Shown: positions 22,092-32,213, counted from the stretch's first letter. The stretch is DNA of 64,000 nt from an uncultured Bacilli bacterium (GCA_944372415.1 CALVZA010000002.1:8358-72357), one strand, 5' to 3'. Notes: generated from the letters alone by a model not told the origin. A program made the numbers and translations.

Positions 22092-22886
22092 TTGGCTATG
22101 AATTCAAGAATGGATAAATATACAGAAACTCCAACTTTAAAAAGTAGATCAGAAAAAAATAAATCTTTATATGAACAAATTAAAAATAGTGAGATAGAAA
22201 AGTTTGATATAAATAGTAATGCTACTATTATAAAAGAAGATGTAAATAGAGTTGATATTGATAAAGTAAAAGATATGCTTGATAAAAGATATAGAGATGA
22301 ATTTACTAAGAGAAAATTTAGATTAAAAGAAGAAGAGACAGAAGAAATTCAGGAAAAATTTATAGATACTAAAGAATATGATATTAATGCTATTTTAGAA
22401 AAAGCAAGAAAAAATTTAAATGTTGATTATGAAAAAGAACGTTTAAAAAAAGTTCACGATACTCAGTATGATATATTAAAAAATTTAAATATTAATGATA
22501 ATACTGATGAAGAACTTGAAGATAATGAAGAAAATATAGTTAATTTAATAAATACTATAACTCATTTAGAAATGCAAAATGCTAATAAGTCTTCAACTGG
22601 TAATACTACTGCATTAGATTTATTAAGTGATTTAAGTGATAATGATACTAATACCATATATAAAACTATGGAATTAGATAAAGAAAATATATCACAAAAA
22701 ACTAAAGAAAACTTAGATGAAGAAGATTTAAGTATTGAAGATAAATATGATGACTTTAAAGAATTAGAAAAAGATTTAAAATCTAATAATATTGCAATAA
22801 AAATAGTTGGTATAGTATTTTTGATAATATTATTAATATTGATTTTTATATTTGCAAATAATTATTTAAACTTAGGACTATTTTAA
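22092..22886 (+). CDS. coiled-coil protein with C-terminal TM anchor, hypothetical
   Basis: charged N-terminal region; C-terminal hydrophobic segment. Confidence 0.4.
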   Translation: MAMNSRMDKYTETPTLKSRSEKNKSLYEQIKNSEIEKFDINSNATIIKEDVNRVDIDKVKDMLDKRYRDEFTKRKFRLKEEETEEIQEKFIDTKEYDINAILEKARKNLNVDYEKERLKKVHDTQYDILKNLNINDNTDEELEDNEENIVNLINTITHLEMQNANKSSTGNTTALDLLSDLSDNDTNTIYKTMELDKENISQKTKENLDEEDLSIEDKYDDFKELEKDLKSNNIAIKIVGIVFLIILLILIFIFANNYLNLGLF

Positions 22887-22917
22887 TATAGTTCTTTTTT
22901 AATTCATATTATGTAAT

Positions 22918-23637
22918 ATGAAACGTTTTTATATAAAAAAGAAATTTAAATTTAAAGATTTACTTTTAATAACTATAATTATTGTTTTTATAATAAATTA
23001 TATTGTTTTTAATACATTGGGTAAAAGTTTAGGAGAAAGTGTTTCTTATTTAACTAAGTTAAAAATAGATGAGATTACTAAATATTATTTAAATGATACT
23101 ATAAAGAAATATTTAAATATAGATAGTAATGATTATATAAAAGTTAATTTTGTCAATAATAATATTGTTAGTGTTGATATAGATAATGAAAGTTGTAATG
23201 TGTTATTAAATAATATATTAGTTGATTTAGAAAATGTAGTAAAGAATATAGAATTTGGTAAAATTGTTAATTATCATAATTTAGAAATATTAAAAGGAGA
23301 TAATGGTATTATTATTTTTATGCCAGTAGGTGTAGCACTAAAGAATTCTTTGTTTTCTGGATTAGGTCCAAAAATACCTATTAAGGTTAGTTTTTTAGAA
23401 AATATATATGCTTATGTAGATGTTGAAGTAGAAAATTATGGGATAAATAATTCATTAATAAAATTATATATAAATATAAGTATAGAAGAAATATTAGAAA
23501 TGCCTATAAAGAATAGAATAAGTACTATAGATTATAAATTTTTAATATCTAGCAAAATGGTAAATGGAGAAGTTCCTAGTATTCTTGGAGGTAATGTTAG
23601 TAAGAGTTCTTCTATAGTAAAAAGTGATGTAAACTAA
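22918..23637 (+). CDS. sporulation protein YunB-like
   Basis: N-terminal TM; size and motif pattern resemble the YunB family; call from memory, not verified. Confidence 0.45.
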   Translation: MKRFYIKKKFKFKDLLLITIIIVFIINYIVFNTLGKSLGESVSYLTKLKIDEITKYYLNDTIKKYLNIDSNDYIKVNFVNNNIVSVDIDNESCNVLLNNILVDLENVVKNIEFGKIVNYHNLEILKGDNGIIIFMPVGVALKNSLFSGLGPKIPIKVSFLENIYAYVDVEVENYGINNSLIKLYINISIEEILEMPIKNRISTIDYKFLISSKMVNGEVPSILGGNVSKSSSIVKSDVN

Positions 23638-23701
23638 ATATATTAGAATAGATTATAAATTGAATTGGTGTTATAATTTTTATAGTAGGTGGTGATTACT
23701 T

Positions 23702-24493
23702 ATGAATAATATTTTTATAAATGATAGTATTAGTAGTGGTATAAGTAATTACTTACTTATAAAACAAGAAAAAGATTATGATAAGGCTCATATTTTTGAA
23801 GTATATATAATTAGATGTTTATGTAAGATATATGGTGATATTAATATATTAAATCCATATAGAATTAATAATGAGAATAGTTTTAAAAGTAATTTGATTA
23901 TGTATGGTTTGTCAGTTAAAGAAATGGAAGAATTTATAAATTTAATGAATGAGTATTCAATTTGGTTAAATAGTGAAAAAAAGGTTGGTAAAACAGATCT
24001 AACTAGTAAAATAGAAATAATACTTATAAATATGATTGTTGAAAGAAATAAAGTTATAAAATTTACTAAGAAAGAAATAGAATTCTTTGATAAATATTTT
24101 GATCCTAAGAATAATAATTTTTCTAATTTACATAATTTAATTACTAAGGATATTAATATAGTTCCTATATATTGGAGTAGAAAAAAAAGTCTACTTAATA
24201 GCAATGTTAAGTTTAAACTTATTAGACATGATTTATTAAGTTCTTCTACATATGATAAATATGGAATTGATAAAGATGATATTTCAAAAATGAGTGAAGA
24301 AAAAGTAAGAAATATAAATAATAGAATATTAGAAAGCGAGAAGGAAACTAATAAGAGAAATAAAAAGTTTATTCCTAAAAATGTTATAATAACTAGTGGT
24401 AATGGTTTTGTTGATACTTTGATGTTATTAAGTATTATGACTACTGAAATTATGGTTGGAATTATGGTAGCTTTATATTTTTTAAGGAGATAG
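23702..24493 (+). CDS. hypothetical protein with C-terminal TM
   Basis: no recognisable motif. Confidence 0.35.
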   Translation: MNNIFINDSISSGISNYLLIKQEKDYDKAHIFEVYIIRCLCKIYGDINILNPYRINNENSFKSNLIMYGLSVKEMEEFINLMNEYSIWLNSEKKVGKTDLTSKIEIILINMIVERNKVIKFTKKEIEFFDKYFDPKNNNFSNLHNLITKDINIVPIYWSRKKSLLNSNVKFKLIRHDLLSSSTYDKYGIDKDDISKMSEEKVRNINNRILESEKETNKRNKKFIPKNVIITSGNGFVDTLMLLSIMTTEIMVGIMVALYFLRR

Positions 24494-24494
24494 T

Positions 24495-24764
24495 ATGATT
24501 AGTTTAGAAGATAAGAATTATGAATTAATAGAAAATTATAGAGACTGTTTTGATTTAGAAGAATTTAAAGAGTATTACACTGATTATTTTTATGATTATG
24601 ATTATATAATTGGTGACTATGCTTATTCAAAATTAAGATTAAAAGGTTTTTATGATAGTAATAATAAAAAATGTAAGAAATATAATAATTTTAGTTGTAA
24701 AGATGAGTATTTAGAGAAAAAATGTGCTTATAATTGTAGATATTTTATTTTAAAGAAAATTTAG
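24495..24764 (+). CDS. YutD-like (DUF1027) small protein
   Basis: YYTDYFYDYDYIIGDY pattern. Confidence 0.4.
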   Translation: MISLEDKNYELIENYRDCFDLEEFKEYYTDYFYDYDYIIGDYAYSKLRLKGFYDSNNKKCKKYNNFSCKDEYLEKKCAYNCRYFILKKI

Positions 24765-24831
24765 TAAAGATTTAATCTTTTTTTTTATTTTATTTTGTGT
24801 TAAAATGTTTTTAGAATAGAGAGGGATTAGT

Positions 24832-25857
24832 ATGAATAATGTTAATGTATTAGATTATAATGGACAAAATATTAGTATTGATTTAGTAAGTTATTTTAAA
24901 AGTGATAATAAAAATTATTTATTCTATACTAAAAATGAAATTGTTCAAGATGGTTTAATAAAAATGTATGTTGCTAGTGAATTTAATGGAGTACAAGTCG
25001 GAATAGATGATAATGAGTGGGCTAATTTAAAGAAAATTATGCAAAGTATTATTATGGGAGGAAGTAATGTAACTTTTTTACCGTTTAATAATTCTATAAA
25101 ATTAAATGAAAGTAGAGCAATTGCATTGAATGATAAAAACATTAATTTAATAAAAGACGTTTATAAGAATGAAGTTAATAAATCAACATCACAAGGTAAT
25201 TTGAATAAAGATTTATTAGCTCAAAGTTTTGGTGGTAATAATATAGATGTTCCAAAGGTAGAAAAACCTGTTCAAATTAGTTCTATTCCTAATGTTCAAA
25301 ATAGTTTTAATATGGAATCAACTCCAGTAAATTTAAATATGAATCCTGTTAATTTAGATTCTAATAGTAATATTAATAATAGTATTAATGATAATCAGTT
25401 AAATAATAATCAACCTAATAACATACTTGATACTGTTCCTAGTATAGAACCTTTACCTACTCAAGAAATAAGTGGTACACAAATTTCTAATGAGGTTCCA
25501 TTAAATATAAATTCTATTAAACCTGGTGGAATAGATAGTGGTTTTAAAGTTACTAATGAGCCTAATATATTTGATCAACCAATGGATACTAATCCATTTA
25601 ATATAACTCAGGAAGAGATTAATAAACCGTTAGATGTAGTTAATAGTGTTGATTCTACTAATGTGATTAAAAGTGATAATAATATAGATTATAGTAAACA
25701 AATTGCTTTGAATGAAAGAAAAATTAAATTATTTAATGAATTAGCAGAAATATATAAAGAAGAAAATGAGTTGTTAAAAGGCTCTGGTGATAGTCCATTA
25801 GAAAAAACAGCATCTAATTTATTTAATAATGATGGAACTTTAAATGGTATTAATTAA
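24832..25857 (+). CDS. hypothetical Asn/Pro-rich protein
   Basis: conserved-looking N-terminal 120 aa, low-complexity remainder. Confidence 0.35.
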   Translation: MNNVNVLDYNGQNISIDLVSYFKSDNKNYLFYTKNEIVQDGLIKMYVASEFNGVQVGIDDNEWANLKKIMQSIIMGGSNVTFLPFNNSIKLNESRAIALNDKNINLIKDVYKNEVNKSTSQGNLNKDLLAQSFGGNNIDVPKVEKPVQISSIPNVQNSFNMESTPVNLNMNPVNLDSNSNINNSINDNQLNNNQPNNILDTVPSIEPLPTQEISGTQISNEVPLNINSIKPGGIDSGFKVTNEPNIFDQPMDTNPFNITQEEINKPLDVVNSVDSTNVIKSDNNIDYSKQIALNERKIKLFNELAEIYKEENELLKGSGDSPLEKTASNLFNNDGTLNGIN

Positions 25858-25943
25858 CTTAAGTATAGAAACTTAAGTTTTTTCATATTATTTATTAGTT
25901 ATAACTTAAGAAATAACTATATTATTCATTACTATGTGTGTAA

Positions 25944-26861
25944 TTGTATGCACTGAAAGGAATGAAGTTTAATATGAAAAATGTTATTTATAATTATTAT
26001 AATATTTTAGTTAGTGATATTAATAAAGATAATAATAATTATTTTTTCTATTTTAATAATGAATTATATTTATTTTATTTAGTTTTAAATGATGTAAATG
26101 TTGTTAGAGATATTTACACTTTTTTTAAAGAAAATAAATTAGAATGTTTTGATATAGTATTAAATAAAGAAAATAATTTGTTTTGTGATGTTGATAGTAA
26201 AAAATATGCTTTGTTAAAAATTAAAGGTATTTTAAAATATGAAGTGAAATTTGAAGAATTTAAGTTTTATCCGGTAGATAAAATTGGAAGTGATTGGGGA
26301 AAACTTTGGGGAGAAAGATTAGATTATTATGAACTTCAATTAAGAGAATTAGGCTATAATTATCAAACTGTTTTAAATTCGTATGGTTTATTTGAAGGAA
26401 TAGCAGAAAATGCTATATTGTATTTTAATATGACTAAAAGTAAATTTAGTGATGAGGCTTTTGTTGGTATTGTTCATAATAGAATGAAGTATCCTTGTTA
26501 TTTGATAGATTATTATAATCCTATAAATTTTGTTGTTGATTATAGTATAAGGGATATAGCAGAATATATTAAGTCTTATATTATGTGTGAAGATTATGAT
26601 GTTTTAAATGTTATTGAACTTATCAATAGAATGAATTTAAATAATTTAATGTTTAATTTATTATATTCAAGATTATTGTATCCTACATTTTTCTTTGATG
26701 TATTTGATAAAATTATATTAGAAGATGGAGAAGATAAAGATATTGTTAGTGTGTTAAATGTTGTTGATAAATATTTATTTACTCTTAAAATTATATATAA
26801 TAATTTTAATAAAAAATATGATATGTTTAGAATAGAATGGTTATATAAAATAAAAATGTAG
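25944..26861 (+). CDS. hypothetical protein (possible CotS/phosphotransferase-like)
   Basis: weak HN/D kinase-like motifs (GIVHNRM, VVDYSIRD); low confidence. Confidence 0.3.
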   Translation: MYALKGMKFNMKNVIYNYYNILVSDINKDNNNYFFYFNNELYLFYLVLNDVNVVRDIYTFFKENKLECFDIVLNKENNLFCDVDSKKYALLKIKGILKYEVKFEEFKFYPVDKIGSDWGKLWGERLDYYELQLRELGYNYQTVLNSYGLFEGIAENAILYFNMTKSKFSDEAFVGIVHNRMKYPCYLIDYYNPINFVVDYSIRDIAEYIKSYIMCEDYDVLNVIELINRMNLNNLMFNLLYSRLLYPTFFFDVFDKIILEDGEDKDIVSVLNVVDKYLFTLKIIYNNFNKKYDMFRIEWLYKIKM

Positions 26862-26862
26862 A

Positions 26863-27102
26863 TTATATTTCTACATTAATTATTCCTTTAACATTTGGTA
26901 TTTTTTCTTGTATCATTTCTAATATGCCATCATTTATAGTGTAATCTTGATAACCGCAATTGATACAAGCTCCAAATAATTTTATATATACATAATTATC
27001 TTCATATTTTATAAATTCTATGTCTCCACCATCTGCGTTTAGATATGGTCGTGTTTCTTCTATTAGTTCTTTTATAATTTTTTCTTCGTTCATTTTTTTC
27101 AC
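26863..27102 (-). CDS. NifU-like (Nfu) Fe-S cluster scaffold domain protein
   Basis: GACINCGY CxxC motif in an Nfu-type C-terminal domain. Confidence 0.8.
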   Translation of the reverse strand: MKKMNEEKIIKELIEETRPYLNADGGDIEFIKYEDNYVYIKLFGACINCGYQDYTINDGILEMIQEKIPNVKGIINVEI

Positions 27103-27175
27103 CAGATTTATTATAACTAAAAAATTTTACTTAGTAAATAAAATTTGTTATAATGTACTGTGAAGAGGTGCAATA

Positions 27176-27523
27176 ATGGAAGACTATACAGTTGGAAGTA
27201 TTGTAAAAGGAGAGGTAACTGGAATTGAACCTTATGGTATTTTTGTTAAAGTAGATAATTTAAATGGTTTAATTCATATAAGTGAAATTGCTAATAATTA
27301 TATATCAAATATTACAAAATATGTTAAAGTTGGTGAAAAAATATATGCTAAAGTAATTGATGTTGATAATGAAAATAATAGATTAAAGTTATCAATAAAA
27401 GGTTTAAATTATAAGGAATTTTATAAGAATAGAAAAGTTAGGGAATCTGTTAGGGGTTTTTCTCCTTTACAAGAAAATTTAGAAAAGTGGATGAATGAAA
27501 CTTTAAAAGAAATGGAGCATTAG
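27176..27523 (+). CDS. S1 RNA-binding domain protein (YugI/GSP13-like)
   Basis: single S1 domain (GSIVKGEVTGIEPYGIFVKV). Confidence 0.8.
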   Translation: MEDYTVGSIVKGEVTGIEPYGIFVKVDNLNGLIHISEIANNYISNITKYVKVGEKIYAKVIDVDNENNRLKLSIKGLNYKEFYKNRKVRESVRGFSPLQENLEKWMNETLKEMEH

Positions 27524-27541
27524 AATAAAATGCTTTTTTAT
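27517..27541 (+). terminator. rho-independent terminator
   Basis: GCATTagaataaAATGC hairpin followed by T6. Confidence 0.55.
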
Positions 27542-27808
27542 TTGAAATTAATTTTTAGTTTTTGTAATATAGCTTCTTAATTTTCTTTATAATTAATTTG
27601 TTCTAATAAGCATATGCAAGTTACTCCATAATGGCATTGTTATATATTTAATTGGATATATAGTATATTTTTTAATATTTTTAATCTTAGTTTATTTTAA
27701 TGTATTGTAAAAAGTTTGTTTTATTAAAATTTTTATACAACAAAAAAACTAGATAATATTTCTAGTTAAAAATTTATTAAGCTTGAAGTTTCAAGTTGTT
27801 TATTAATA

Positions 27809-27884
<76 letters not shown>

Positions 27885-27892
27885 ATAAAAAA

Positions 27893-27969
27893 TGGCGGTC
27901 CGTACGGGATTCGAACCCGTGATCTTCTGCGTGACAGGCAGACGTCATAGGCCTCTAGACTAACGGACC
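27893..27969 (-). tRNA. tRNA-Asp (GUC)
   Basis: GGTCCG acceptor; anticodon loop CUGUCAC; encoded CCA. Confidence 0.85.
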
Positions 27970-27972
27970 ATT

Positions 27973-28049
27973 TGGTTGCGGGAGAAGGATTTGAACCTAC
28001 GACCTCTGGGTTATGAGCCCAGCGAGCTACCGAACTGCTCCATCCCGCG
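27973..28049 (-). tRNA. initiator tRNA-fMet (CAU)
   Basis: CGCGGG acceptor; three G-C pairs in anticodon stem; loop CUCAUAA. Confidence 0.85.
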
Positions 28050-28064
28050 ATGACTAAAATTAAA

Positions 28065-28156
28065 TTGGCGGAGAAAGAGGGATTCGAACCCCCGCGCCGT
28101 TGCCGACCTCCTGGTTTTCAAGACCAGTCCCTTCAACCGGACTTGGGTATTTCTCC
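28065..28156 (-). tRNA. tRNA-Ser (UGA)
   Basis: long variable arm; anticodon loop CUUGAAA; perfect GGAGAAA acceptor. Confidence 0.85.
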
Positions 28157-28300
28157 GTTTGTTCTTCAAGGAACAAATTGATTATAGCATATAAATAAAA
28201 AAATAGTCAAGAAATTTCATAAAAAATATTACTTTTCTATAAAAAAATATTGTTTTTTTTATTGTTTTCGTTAAAAAATGAAAAAAAATTAAAAAAAGTA

Positions 28301-28329
28301 TTGATTTAAAAGAAATTTTAGGTTATACT
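28301..28329 (+). promoter_or_regulatory. sigma-A-type promoter for the plus-strand tRNA array
   Basis: TTGATT, 17-bp spacer, TATACT. Confidence 0.5.
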
Positions 28330-28367
28330 CAAATAGTCTTAATTAATTAAGACGACCGAGTGGTGTT

Positions 28368-28456
28368 GCCCAAGTGGCGGAACAGGTAGACGCACAGGAC
28401 TTAAAATCCTGCGAGATTTAACCCTCGTGCCGGTTCAAGTCCGGCCTTGGGCACCA
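28368..28456 (+). tRNA. tRNA-Leu (UAA)
   Basis: long variable arm; anticodon loop CUUAAAA; GCCCAAG/CTTGGGC acceptor. Confidence 0.85.
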
Positions 28457-28474
28457 TTTATTTGATTATCTCTC

Positions 28475-28551
28475 GGGCGATTAGCTCAGTTGGTTAAAGC
28501 ACCTGCCTTACAAGCAGGGGGCCATAGGTTCGAGTCCTATATAGCCCACCA
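28475..28551 (+). tRNA. tRNA-Val (UAC)
   Basis: anticodon loop CUUACAA; T-loop GGTTCGAGTCC; CCA. Confidence 0.85.
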
Positions 28552-28557
28552 TCTTTT

Positions 28558-28633
28558 TCCGACTTAGCGTAACTAGCAGCGCAACTGACTTGTAATCAGT
28601 AGGTTGGGGGTTCGACTCCCTCTGTCGGCACCA
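28558..28633 (+). tRNA. tRNA-Thr (UGU), atypical 1:72 position
   Basis: body nearly identical to Bacillus-type tRNA-Thr (ACTGACTTGTAATCAGTAGGTTGGGGGTTCGA), but the 5' nucleotide is T opposite C72 and pair 7:66 is T-T. Confidence 0.7.
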
Positions 28634-28641
28634 CTTATTAT

Positions 28642-28725
28642 GGAGGGATAGCGAAGTGGTCAAACGCGGCAGACTGTAAATCTGTTCCTTCGGGTTCCAT
28701 GGTTCAAATCCATGTCCCTCCACCA
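28642..28725 (+). tRNA. tRNA-Tyr (GUA)
   Basis: long variable arm; anticodon loop CUGUAAA. Confidence 0.85.
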
Positions 28726-28733
28726 CTTTAGAT

Positions 28734-28809
28734 TGCCTCGTAGCCAAGTGGTAAGGCATCAGACTTTGACTCTGACATTCCGGTGGTTCGAACCCACCCG
28801 AGGCAGCCA
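28734..28809 (+). tRNA. tRNA-Gln (UUG)
   Basis: TGCCTCG acceptor; anticodon loop CUUUGAC; discriminator G. Confidence 0.85.
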
Positions 28810-28821
28810 TCTTATTTATAT

Positions 28822-28897
28822 GTCTCGTTAGCTCAGTTGGTAGAGCATTTGACTTTTAATCAAAGGGTCATGCGTTCAAGTCGCATACGAGACACCA
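28822..28897 (+). tRNA. tRNA-Lys (UUU)
   Basis: anticodon loop CUUUUAA; GTCTCG/CGAGAC acceptor. Confidence 0.85.
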
Positions 28898-28996
28898 TTT
28901 GAAATCCAAGTTTGCATATTGTGCAAACTTTTTTCATGCCATAAAACTGTCTATAAAAACACAAAAATTTCTACCACTGAAGTCTTAATAAAGTAT

Positions 28997-29299
28997 TCAA
29001 TTTACTTTTTTTATATCGATTATGTCATTTATGTTTATTAATTTATTATCTATAGTAATTAATTTATTACCTGTTTTTCCAATTAAAGTACAAGTTATGT
29101 CTTTGTCTTTTAAAGTAATATTAACTTTTATTTTATAAATATAATCTGTTGATTTAAATATATAATCTATTTTTTTATTTATTTCGTATTTACTTGGTTT
29201 TATAATTTTTTTTTCTTCTGTACTTATAGTTGTATATTCTTGACTGTTATCTATTTTTTTATCAAATGTATTTGTAAAAAGATTTGGTAATTTATTCAT
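28997..29299 (-). CDS. hypothetical small protein
   Basis: 100-aa Lys/Ile-rich ORF; no motif. Confidence 0.3.
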   Translation of the reverse strand: MNKLPNLFTNTFDKKIDNSQEYTTISTEEKKIIKPSKYEINKKIDYIFKSTDYIYKIKVNITLKDKDITCTLIGKTGNKLITIDNKLININDIIDIKKVN

Positions 29300-29357
29300 A
29301 TACTCACCCTAGTATTAATATATGAATAAATTTTAAAAACATTAACAAAATATTAAT

Positions 29358-30413
29358 ATGAAAAAGATTTTTTTAAAATATTTTATTCCAATTATTTTAT
29401 TATGTATTATAGGTATTACTACTATATATTGTTCTAAGAATATAGTTAGTAATTATTTATATTTTTTTAAAAGACAAATAATATATGTTTGTGTTGGTGT
29501 ATTTTTTTTGTTTTTATTTAAATTTATTAATTTTAATTATATAAAAAAGTATAATTTTTTATTGTATTTGTTCAGTGTATTTTTATTAATATATGTATTG
29601 TTTTTTGGTGATGTGATAAATGGTAGTAAAAGTTGGATTAATTTATTTGGAGTTAGTATACAACCTAGTGAGTTTGCTAAAATTGGTTTACTATTGTGTT
29701 TAGATAGATATATTAAAACTAAATATGGTTTTATTAAAAGTATAATATTATTATTAATTCCTAGTATTTTAACTTTTTTACAACCGGATACTGGGACTGT
29801 GCTATTTTATATAATTATATATTTTAGTATTTTTATTTCTATGGGGCTAAAGAAGAAATATTATATTGGTTTATTTAGTTTAGTTATTATATTTATTGGT
29901 GCTTTTTTCTATTTATATTTTTTTCAAAGTGAGTTATTTATTGATGTATTTGGTACAAGTTTCTTTTATAGAGTTGATAGAATAATTAATTTTATAGATA
30001 ATGAAGGATATCAAATTAATAATGCTTTGATAGGAATAGGGAATGGAAGAGTTTTTGGTAATGGTATAAAGTATGTTATTTATATACCTGAGGCTATAAC
30101 TGATTTTATGTTTGCTAATATTTTAACTATATTTGGCTTTTTTGGAGGAATATTAGTTATTGGTTTATTTGTATATTTAGATATTATTTTAATAAGAGAT
30201 ATTTATGATTTAAAAAAACATAAATTTTTTGTAATAGGTTTATTTGGGTTATTTTTATATCAACAAATTCAACATGTATTTATGGACGTAGGTTTATTGC
30301 CTATTACAGGTATAACTTTACCTTTTGTAAGTTTTGGAGGTAGTAGTTTAATATCATATTTTATTTTATTTGGAATACTTTTAAATATAAAAAAGTATCA
30401 AATTGATACTTAG
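29358..30413 (+). CDS. SEDS-family peptidoglycan glycosyltransferase (FtsW/RodA/SpoVE)
   Basis: about 10 TM; hallmark IQPSEFAKIGLLL motif. Confidence 0.85.
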   Translation: MKKIFLKYFIPIILLCIIGITTIYCSKNIVSNYLYFFKRQIIYVCVGVFFLFLFKFINFNYIKKYNFLLYLFSVFLLIYVLFFGDVINGSKSWINLFGVSIQPSEFAKIGLLLCLDRYIKTKYGFIKSIILLLIPSILTFLQPDTGTVLFYIIIYFSIFISMGLKKKYYIGLFSLVIIFIGAFFYLYFFQSELFIDVFGTSFFYRVDRIINFIDNEGYQINNALIGIGNGRVFGNGIKYVIYIPEAITDFMFANILTIFGFFGGILVIGLFVYLDIILIRDIYDLKKHKFFVIGLFGLFLYQQIQHVFMDVGLLPITGITLPFVSFGGSSLISYFILFGILLNIKKYQIDT

Positions 30414-30643
30414 TAATATCCGCCTGAAGAGTAATTGTAATATCCTCCTGGTCTATATGGTCCTGGATATGGTTGATATGGGTATGGATATGGTGCTTGC
30501 ATTGGTGGATTAACATAAACTGGTCTAGGACGTGATACTCCAACTAAACCTGCTCCTGCTAGACCTCCTAAAAGAAATGGTACAAAAAATCTGTCATCAT
30601 TTTTTTGATAAATATTATTATAATACATAAAAACTCCTTTCAT
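30410..30643 (-). CDS. small Gly/Tyr/Pro-rich protein with one TM
   Basis: FFVPFLLGGLAGAGLVGV TM then PYPYPYQPYPGPYRPGGYYNYSSGGYY; convergent with the SEDS gene and overlapping its stop. Confidence 0.4.
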   Translation of the reverse strand: MKGVFMYYNNIYQKNDDRFFVPFLLGGLAGAGLVGVSRPRPVYVNPPMQAPYPYPYQPYPGPYRPGGYYNYSSGGYY

Positions 30644-30671
30644 TTTATTATATGTTATAGGAGTTTTTATT

Positions 30672-31508
30672 CTAATAGGCGTATAACCTATATAAATTAA
30701 TACTTGGTTTAGAATTAAATCTAATATTTAGTATAGATGTACCAATACCGTTCGATATGAATATTTCTTTGTTGTCTAAATTATAATATTCATCGTAATA
30801 TGTTTTTGAGCCGACTGGAGTGTATATTGCACCTATAAATGGTATTCTTACTTGTCCATTATGTGAATGTCCTGATAGTAGTATATTAAAGTTATATTCT
30901 TTAATTTTATTATATTCGTCTGGTTCGTGAGTAAGTATAAATCTATAATATTTATTTTCTTTTTTTAATATATCATAATTTACTTTTGTTTCACTTGCAT
31001 CTGATAATCCTACTAATGATATAGGGTTATTCTCTTTATAGTATATAAGTTTTTCTTCATTATCTAATATTGTGAAGTTATCATCCATTATTTTTTTAAA
31101 AGTTTCTAAATTTTTTATATCATGATTTCCTGTTACAGCAAAATTTCCTAAAGTTGAATTAATAGTTTTTAAAATATTTTTTATTTCCTCTATTTCTTTA
31201 TTATTTAATTCTTTTCTTTTATCTATTAAATCTCCTGTAAATACTACTATATCGGGATTTTGTTTATTTATTAAGCTAACTATTTTTTTTAAATATTTAA
31301 TATTTACAGTGGTTCCATAGTGTATATCAGAAAAGTGTACTATTTTTAATCCGTCAAAAGAATCTGGTAGTTGTTTATTTTCTATTTTATATTCTTTAAT
31401 TGTTAAATTATAAGGTTCGATATATTTTGCATATATAAATATCATTGCAATAATAAGGATAAAGTATATTAATATATGATGTTTTTTGTTTTGTTTTTTA
31501 TTAGCCAT
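30672..31508 (-). CDS. membrane-anchored calcineurin-like metallophosphoesterase
   Basis: HFSDIHYG, GDLID, GNHD, HSH motifs. Confidence 0.8.
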   Translation of the reverse strand: MANKKQNKKHHILIYFILIIAMIFIYAKYIEPYNLTIKEYKIENKQLPDSFDGLKIVHFSDIHYGTTVNIKYLKKIVSLINKQNPDIVVFTGDLIDKRKELNNKEIEEIKNILKTINSTLGNFAVTGNHDIKNLETFKKIMDDNFTILDNEEKLIYYKENNPISLVGLSDASETKVNYDILKKENKYYRFILTHEPDEYNKIKEYNFNILLSGHSHNGQVRIPFIGAIYTPVGSKTYYDEYYNLDNKEIFISNGIGTSILNIRFNSKPSINLYRLYAY

Positions 31509-31518
31509 GTTTCCTCCT

Positions 31519-32151
31519 TTAAAATAATAAAATTATTAATAATGTTATTGTATTATTTAATGAATGAGCGATTATGTTTGATAATATGTTATTAGTTTTT
31601 AAATAAATTGTACTAAATGTTAATCCTAGTATAAAATATGGAATTATGTATATTAATTCGATTAATCTATTTGAAGATACTACGTGTAGTAATGCAAATG
31701 TAATTGATGATAATATTAAAAATAAGTGTTTGTTTTTAATATTTTTTTTAAATTCTAATCTAAATGTTATTTCTTCTAATATAGGTATAATGGTAGTAAG
31801 TAATATTGAATAAATTATTTTGTTATTAAGTAAAAATTCTCTATTATTTAATTCGTTATTAGATATACCATTAGGTATAATTATATAATTAATAATATAA
31901 TTACATAATATCATTAATGAAAATCCTATAAAGAAATATATTAATATTGTTTTTAAGTATTTTAATTTAAAATCTTTTAAGTATGTTAAAATTTCTTTTT
32001 TATATTTTATTATGAAATATAGTAATATTATTAGATATGAAATTAATAAGTAAAGGCTATAATATTTGTTATTTATATCTCTAGTAAATAGTGATATAAG
32101 TATTGTGGGTAAAAAAATATAAATTAAAATATTAATAAATCCTTTTTTCAT
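31519..32151 (-). CDS. CPBP-family intramembrane metalloprotease (CAAX/Abi-like)
   Basis: EEITFRLEF and FALLH...HSLNN motifs. Confidence 0.7.
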   Translation of the reverse strand: MKKGFINILIYIFLPTILISLFTRDINNKYYSLYLLISYLIILLYFIIKYKKEILTYLKDFKLKYLKTILIYFFIGFSLMILCNYIINYIIIPNGISNNELNNREFLLNNKIIYSILLTTIIPILEEITFRLEFKKNIKNKHLFLILSSITFALLHVVSSNRLIELIYIIPYFILGLTFSTIYLKTNNILSNIIAHSLNNTITLLIILLF

Positions 32152-32184
32152 AGTTTCACCTTAATTAATATTATCACATTTTTA

Positions 32185-32213
32185 TTGGATTTTAAATATT
32201 AATATGTTATAAT
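32185..32213 (+). promoter_or_regulatory. sigma-A-type promoter of the Tad-like operon
   Basis: TTGGAT, 17-bp spacer, TATAAT, then RBS AAGGGTGG and ATG 32239. Confidence 0.5.

Noticed and set aside
23788-24204. 138-aa antisense ORF
   Set aside because: It overlaps the longer plus-strand ORF and has no start context.
24945-25142. Other short antisense ORFs in the track (24945-25142, 33226-33417, 34760-34954, 45487-45714, 47165-47416, 52530-52739, 58163-58402, 59109-59297, 61021-61215, 62280-62480, 41626-41823, 30361-30543, 32945-33127, 21791-22003)
   Set aside because: Each lies inside or antisense to a better-supported CDS and has no motif or ribosome-binding site.
28508-28810. 100-aa minus-strand ORF in the ORF track
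   Set aside because: It lies entirely across the tRNA-Val/Thr/Tyr/Gln genes; its relatively GC-rich codons are just tRNA sequence.
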